Source: an uncultured delta proteobacterium (GTDB lineage: Bacteria; Desulfobacterota; Binatia; UBA9968). Taken from it: a stretch of DNA of 64,000 nt. Location: NCBI GenBank assembly GCA_963727625.1, contig CAVSHR010000002.1, positions 384,001 to 448,000 on the forward strand. Reading direction: 5' to 3'. The notes beneath the pieces were generated by a model. It was not told where the DNA came from and ran no database searches. It worked only from the letters and a program-made list of their open reading frames with translations. The translations under genes and the position numbers were made by a program. The first letter of the stretch is position 1; every line of letters starts with the position of its first letter. Shown piece by piece: positions 58,722-64,000 of this stretch.

Positions 58722-59285
58722 CTACTTTCGGCCATACCGCTGTTGCTGGCGCTGTTCTGCTTTCCGAAGTCGTTCTTGGGTCGGCTTAACATCTACCGAA
58801 AAATGATATTTCCGCCAGGTGGTTTTCATTTGTATTACGTCATCATCATCAAGGTAAATAGTCTTGGAGGCCAGGCCTTGGGTAGGGGGAAAATCGTTGC
58901 GCGGGTCTCCTAAAAGAATTGCGAGCCCATTTTTCCGAACATGTGCCCCTCGATAAACTTCTCCGTGCGGCATAAGCTTATAAATTATCCAGATCAAGCC
59001 CTTAGAGACATGAGGATTAAAATAAATCGGCACATCCTTGCCTGATTTTCCGATATCAAGATAATAACTAGCATAACCCATCGCATAAATCTCGTCTTTC
59101 ACTGCCAAAATAACAGCTTGGACCTCGTGGTCAGTGACCTTCCGTTGTGGTGGAGCGTCAGGTTGTGCAAATACATAGGATGCCCCACTGGCCAATACTA
59201 ATAAATTTAATAGAAGGTGCGTTCCGTAGAATTTTCTACGGAAAAACCTGGATATAAACTGATGCACCTTTGGGTACATCTCCAC
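58722..59285 (-). CDS. Putative exported immunity protein for Rhs cassette 3
   Basis: Directly downstream of and overlapping the toxin; signal-like LLLNLLVLASGASYVFA; AT-rich. Confidence 0.65.
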   Translation of the reverse strand: MEMYPKVHQFISRFFRRKFYGTHLLLNLLVLASGASYVFAQPDAPPQRKVTDHEVQAVILAVKDEIYAMGYASYYLDIGKSGKDVPIYFNPHVSKGLIWIIYKLMPHGEVYRGAHVRKNGLAILLGDPRNDFPPTQGLASKTIYLDDDDVIQMKTTWRKYHFSVDVKPTQERLRKAEQRQQQRYGRK

Positions 59286-60369
59286 CTCCAGCTACGTTTC
59301 TAAATGGTCCAAAGGTCAATCTCGGCGTTCCTTGGGCCCACCGCGGTATGGGTTGGTTGACGCCTGGAGCATACTGGAAGAAATGTTGTGCCCCACCTGT
59401 CGGATCACCCTTAGGATTACTCAACACATGCTGAGCTGCCGTACTTGATTCGTTGTAAGCTTGCACAGCCGAAGGAACTCCATTTTGAATCGCCGTCGCT
59501 TCATTAACTGTTAAGGTTGTCGACGCTGTTCCTCTACCGAGGGGAACTCCCGTGGCCTCTCGGTTCATACCAACATAACCGATTGCGACCCGCGCGTCGA
59601 ACAAGGGCCCGCGCAGTCCAGCAGTTTCGTTATAGATGACATTTGTCAACCGATTGAGTTGATCTGCTACTTGCGCGGCTTTTAGCCCAAGATATATGGC
59701 CGGGCTGGAGAGGGACGAAAAATCTGAGCCCGGCAGGTCGACTGCGAAACCCAGACCGCCTCCAATCGAGCCTCCGTTTCCCACTCCACCAAACTCTGTC
59801 AACTCTCCCGCGAATCCAAGTATAGCGCTGCCGATTTGACAGCCCGTGTTTTTGCAAAAACCCAATCCACCCGAGGCGGCAAAGAGGAGTCCCGCTGGAT
59901 TTCCGCTGAGCGCCATCCCGATGCCGCCGATGATCTCCAGCACACCCAAAGCCGTTCTAAATTCGGGAACATGGTCCGCGACCGCGCCGAGACCTCCTCC
60001 TATGACAGCTCCTAAAGGCCCGCCGATGAAAAATCCAAAAATCGAGCCGAAGATGTTACCAAAGAACCCGCCCTTTTTCTTATGCCGATGGAAATACCCA
60101 TCGGGGTCGATGTAGTTCTGCGGGTTGTTAACGACGTAGCTGTAGCGGTTGAGATTCTGAGGGTCTAACGGCGTCTGGACGAAGGGATCGGCCGAGACAA
60201 ATCGCCCAGTCTCGGCGTCGTAGTATCTGCCGCCGTAGTAATAGAGCCCCGTCTCGGGGTCGAGCTTCTGACCGGTGAACCTCTGGGTTGGGTCGATCGT
60301 GCCCTCGGATCGGGAAGCAGTGCCCCAGGGATCGTACTCGTTGAGCTGGACTCGGGTGGCTTTGAGAAC
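59236..60369 (-). pseudogene. Orphan Rhs core fragment with SleB/Hydrolase_2-like C-terminal toxin (cassette 3)
   Basis: YDPWG..RFTGQKLDPETGLYYYGGRYYD..NRYSYVVNNP..DPDG; CT has VIYNETAG..VAIGYVGMNR..DPTGGAQHFF; no start upstream of the core. Confidence 0.85.
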
Positions 60370-60609
60370 TCAGAAAAGAGTCGCATCCCTTTTTCTCCCG
60401 CGAAATGTCAGGGAAGCCGTGATCAGCCGGTTGGAATCGTCGTGCTGGAACGTCTGGCTGTAGGTGAATTGACTGTCGCTGGCGGAGGCAGATTTGATGT
60501 CCCAGGCGGGAATGGATGAGGTCTATGCCAGGGCGAATGCCTGGAATCTGCGCGGTCGCCCTGCGAGAATAGCAATAAGGAGTTACGCAATTTAGGCAAG
60601 TCAGGCACC
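60061..60609. repeat. About 550-bp direct repeat, copy A (Rhs core plus about 250-bp non-coding spacer)
   Basis: Near-identical to 61781-62329 (offset 1720). Confidence 0.9.
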
Positions 60610-60652
60610 GGTGAGCCACTAAACGCTAAACAGGAAGCTCAACAGCTAAAAA

Positions 60653-60919
60653 TTAATTTGGACAAGAGTGAATTAATATTAAAGTTGTCACGCCAATCGC
60701 AAATAAGGCTCCGCACATCCAAGAGATATTACGCCAAAAAATCCCTTCTGGAGTCAGATACCGATGCCCCCCGAATTGGATGAAAAATGGGTTAAACAGT
60801 AGACGGGCCTGAAACATCGGTATGCCTGGTTTTCTTTTGGCAATTAATAGAAACTGGGATACCGCGCAAATCACCCATAGCAATAAAAGAATCAATAGCA
60901 CGGCTAATCGCAACAGCAT
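60653..60919 (-). CDS. Putative membrane immunity protein for Rhs cassette 2
   Basis: 88 aa with two strong TM helices; GGAG RBS; follows the toxin. Confidence 0.7.
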   Translation of the reverse strand: MLLRLAVLLILLLLWVICAVSQFLLIAKRKPGIPMFQARLLFNPFFIQFGGHRYLTPEGIFWRNISWMCGALFAIGVTTLILIHSCPN

Positions 60920-61000
60920 GAGTACGATTTCTCCATTAAGGGAACGTTGTCAATATGACCTATTGACCTATTGCTATCGTCAGTCATCTATCCATTACTT

Positions 61001-62089
61001 TCACTTTCCACCACAAAACAACAAACAGGTCGCTATCGTTCTGTCACGCGTAATTGCGACACCTAGGCCAGGACCGGCAATGCCGGCTGTTGGAGATAGG
61101 ATGTTGATGTTGTCGTCATAACTGTATCCCAAACCAATACCCAGTTGTGCTTGGAAATTATTTACCACTCCACCTGGATCAGCGCCAGAATAACCCGACA
61201 CAGTGAGCCCAAGGCCTCCCATCCAGCCTTCACCGCTAGTGGCATAGGAATAATAAATGCCCCAACCGTCGTTTCCTATGTAAATTCCAACACCACCCTG
61301 ATATGCACGACTTAAGAGTCCTTTTGCAATAATTTGTCCCTGTACGCCAAACTGTATGCCACCTTTAGCTCCTCTTTTTGGAGTATCGCGTTGCTGGGAG
61401 GTCTTTGCCTTTGCTTTATTTCCTGCGGCCACTTGTGTGGAGGTACTCCTCACGAGCCCGAGCAAGGTCCGCAGCAGTTCCCAGTTCGTATCCGTGCAGA
61501 CATCGCATCCGGTTTCCATCGCAAGGCGCAAAGCTGGGCTGAAGAACCCCCCTCCCCCTGCATTGCTTAATCCGGGAATCTGTGGTCCGCCGGCATCCGC
61601 AACAAATCCTCCCTGGTTTGCTCCACTAACCGGTCCAGCGCTCTCGGCTACTATTCGACCTAAATCAGCGAGAGCCCATGCTGTACTAGCAAATCCGACG
61701 AGGTCCGCACCTGGCGGGGCACCCATCGATAGCAAGACAATGTCAAAGATAATACTAAAGATCTTTCCGAAGATACTATTAAAGAACCCGCCCTTTTTCT
61801 TGTGCCGATGGAAATACCCGTCGGGGTCGATGTAGTTCTGCGGGTTGTTGACGACGTAGCTGTAGCGGTTGAGATTCTGTGGATCTAACGGCGTCTGGAC
61901 AAAAGGATCGGCGGAAACAAATCTGCCGCTCTCGGCGTCGTAGTATCTTCCCCCGTAATAGTAAAGCCCGGTCTCCGGGTCGCGCTTCTGGCCGGTAAAC
62001 CGCTGGTCGGGATCGATCGATCCCTCGGTTCGGGAAACCGTGCCCCAAGGATCGTATTCGTCGAGCTGGACACGGGTGGCTTTGAGAAC
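61001..62089 (-). pseudogene. Orphan Rhs core fragment with Gly-rich C-terminal toxin (cassette 2)
   Basis: RVQLDEYDPWG..GLYYYGGRYYD..DPDGYFHRHKKKGGFF, open into ORF 61001..61735; no start upstream of the core. Confidence 0.85.
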
Positions 62090-62329
62090 TCAGAAAAAAG
62101 TCGCTTCCCTTTTTCTCCGCCGAAATGTCAGGGAAGCCGTGTGATCAGCCGGTTGGGATCGTTGTGCTGACACGTCTGGCTGCAAGTGAATTGACTGTCG
62201 CTGGCGGAGGCAGATTTGATGTCCCAGGCGGGGATGGATGAGGTCTATGCCAGGGCGAATGCCTGGAATCTGCGCGGTCGCCTGCGAGCCAGCAATAAGG
62301 AGTTACGCAATTTAGGCAAGTCAGGCACC
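61781..62329. repeat. About 550-bp direct repeat, copy B
   Basis: Near-identical to 60061-60609. Confidence 0.9.
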
Positions 62330-62349
62330 AGTCACTGGGCAGGCACCAG

Positions 62350-62683
62350 TCACTGGGCCTCGATGAGGATCGCCTTGTATCGGCCGCGGAACAGCGTCCC
62401 GTCGCGCCGGTGGCGCCGGTTGAATCGCTGGGTATAGATACCGTCCACGTGGCGCATGACTCGGGATAGATTCCCTCTCGGTGTTTTCACACAGAGGTGA
62501 TAATGATTGCCCATCAGGGCATAGGCAAAGACTTCGATGTCCCACAGCCGATGGGCTTCGGCCACGGTATCGAGAAAGGCTTGATCGTCCGCCTCGTCGA
62601 CAAACGTCGGCTGTCTTGTCCGACCCCGGTTCATGACGTGATACACCGCTTTGGGGATATTGTATTCTTAGCGGACGCGACAT
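62350..62683 (-). pseudogene. Frameshifted, truncated RAYT-type Y1 transposase
   Basis: MSRPLRIQYP/KAVYHVMNRG..AYALMGNHYHL..LFRGRYKAILIEAQ*; catalytic Tyr region absent. Confidence 0.88.
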
Positions 62684-62710
62684 GGATATGAACTATCAAG
62701 GAAGGAGGGA

Positions 62711-62792
62711 ACTAGTCAACTCCAGACTTGACCCCAATTCTGCACCCAATTCTGCACCCCAATTCTGCAATTCTGCTGGACCCCAATTCTGC
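62711..62792. repeat. Y1-element end motif plus five AATTCTGC units
   Basis: AGACTTGACCCCAATTCTGC followed by (ACCCC)AATTCTGC stutter. Confidence 0.8.
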
Positions 62793-62827
62793 TCTTCTCC
62801 CCCATTTATCTCACCTATACCGGGTTC

Positions 62828-63187
62828 TTACTCGAGGTCATTGTCTCGGATGGAAGACACATAGACATTAGGCTTAAGCTGAATCATCAAATCGCGCAAC
62901 CCCGCTCCCTCTTTGAATAACAAATGCAGAACCTCCTTTACCGTGGTGATCTCGACCTTTATGCTGTCTATTTCTTCCAAGCATAGATTAATTAAGTCGA
63001 TTTGATTTCGAGACCATCGAAGCTGCGCGCTACCGTATCCTGGCTGGATTTCGAATTCTACGTGGTCGGTATCACGTACGGTAACAAAGGTAAGGTGGTT
63101 ATAACACCAAGGCACACCAGCATCTTTGAGTAAGGGTTCCGATTCAAAGAACTGAATCAATTCGTAGTCCTTAGGAAAATTTTCCAT
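62828..63187 (-). CDS. Putative cytoplasmic immunity protein for Rhs cassette 1
   Basis: 119 aa acidic, AT-rich ORF after the toxin; PKDYELIQFFESEP..PWCYN. Confidence 0.7.
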   Translation of the reverse strand: MENFPKDYELIQFFESEPLLKDAGVPWCYNHLTFVTVRDTDHVEFEIQPGYGSAQLRWSRNQIDLINLCLEEIDSIKVEITTVKEVLHLLFKEGAGLRDLMIQLKPNVYVSSIRDNDLE

Positions 63188-63237
63188 TTCTAATGCTTTT
63201 AATACTAACCGACAACTGATGTATTCTCAACCCATTT

Positions 63238-64000
63238 CTATTTGGTTATGCGCGTGAATAGGAAGTGGACAATTTGTTGCTTGCTAGGGTCCACAACTAA
63301 TTGGTACGTACCAACCCGTCCCGCGAATGTACCAATAACATCCCACCGAAGTCCGCCGGGAATTCCTCCCGGATCCGGTATGGGTGGTCGTGCGGCCATA
63401 ATTTCACGCACAAGTAATGACGAGCTAATATAAGGCCTCTTTAGTGCTTGACTCGCGACCGTCCCTGACAGGGTAAGTCGCCCCACGTTTTATTATAAGG
63501 CTCTCAACAACGCGGTTTACTAGTCCGTCATCATCAGCGGCAATATGCCGTATGTTCCTACTGAGCGCCGTAGGCGAACAATCGATGCATGTATCTCCGG
63601 TCTGTTGTGAGCGTGAATAGATTCCAAGATTGGCGGTTGTGTCGCTAGTAAAACCACCCGCCGCATTGTTAGCTTGCGCGACCTGTATGGCTGGTGAGAA
63701 ACTGCTTGCGAAGACCCCTGCGTGACTCGCAAGTACCGCCTGTGTGAGAAATCCAAAATCCAGCCCTGGCGGAGCCAACCCTGCAAATAGGCCTCCGGTA
63801 AATCCCCCAATAACCCCGCCGAGAAACGGGTTTCCGCCATTGAGCGCAGCGTTCACCGTACCACCGACAAACCCTCCTACGGCAGCAGCAACCTGTATGG
63901 GAGCCCCCGCTCCACCAGTGACTATTGTGACAATCGCCCCGATGAAAAACCCGAAGAAACTCTTGAAAAACCCGCCCTTCTTTTTCTTATGCCGATGGAA
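63238..64000 (-). pseudogene. Rhs C-terminal toxin (cassette 1), partial at the window edge, frameshift near 63490
   Basis: FHRHKKKKGGFF leader and Gly-rich linker; terminal RPYISS..EIMAA..PDPGG..RWDV.GTF..YQLVV..IVHFLF lies in the +1 frame. Confidence 0.75.

Noticed and set aside
60165-60386. ATG in the spacer as a frameshift-dependent start for orphan Rhs cassette 3
   Set aside because: It is out of frame, has no convincing slippery site, and is absent from the second copy.
58601-62792. Short tandem repeats as CRISPR arrays
   Set aside because: Units are 8-13 bp with no spacers, and there are no cas genes.
1-64000. tRNA (including selC), rRNA, selA/B/D or riboswitch
   Set aside because: None recognisable by eye; a covariance-model search would be needed to exclude them.

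Overview
GC-rich bacterial chromosome segment. The many NMT1/SsuA-type binding proteins, LLM oxidoreductases and TAXI receptor resemble Candidatus Binatia or related deltaproteobacterial genomes (inference only). The main result is a hidden selenoprotein cluster at 1.7-7.0 kb, where the ORF track splits or truncates five genes. These are one peroxiredoxin-like (UxxC), three AhpD/CMD-like (CxxU) and one OsmC-like gene. Each has an in-frame TGA exactly at the catalytic Cys position, followed by a SECIS-like hairpin, with a compensatory base-pair change among the AhpD copies. They surround a cytoplasmic reductive-dehalogenase/QueG-like 2x[4Fe-4S] protein, a degenerate AhpD and a GST. The middle of the window holds ordinary metabolic and transport genes, including two ABC systems and the ATP-grasp/7TM-transglutaminase/aspartyl-protease triad. 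From about 49.8 kb it is a variable island. It contains TA pairs, three copies of the 3' end of a molybdopterin oxidoreductase gene, an IS256 with an 8-bp TSD, an IS1380, and three Rhs toxin/immunity cassettes. The cassette borders carry Y1 (HUH/RAYT-type) transposase end motifs with stuttered tandem repeats.
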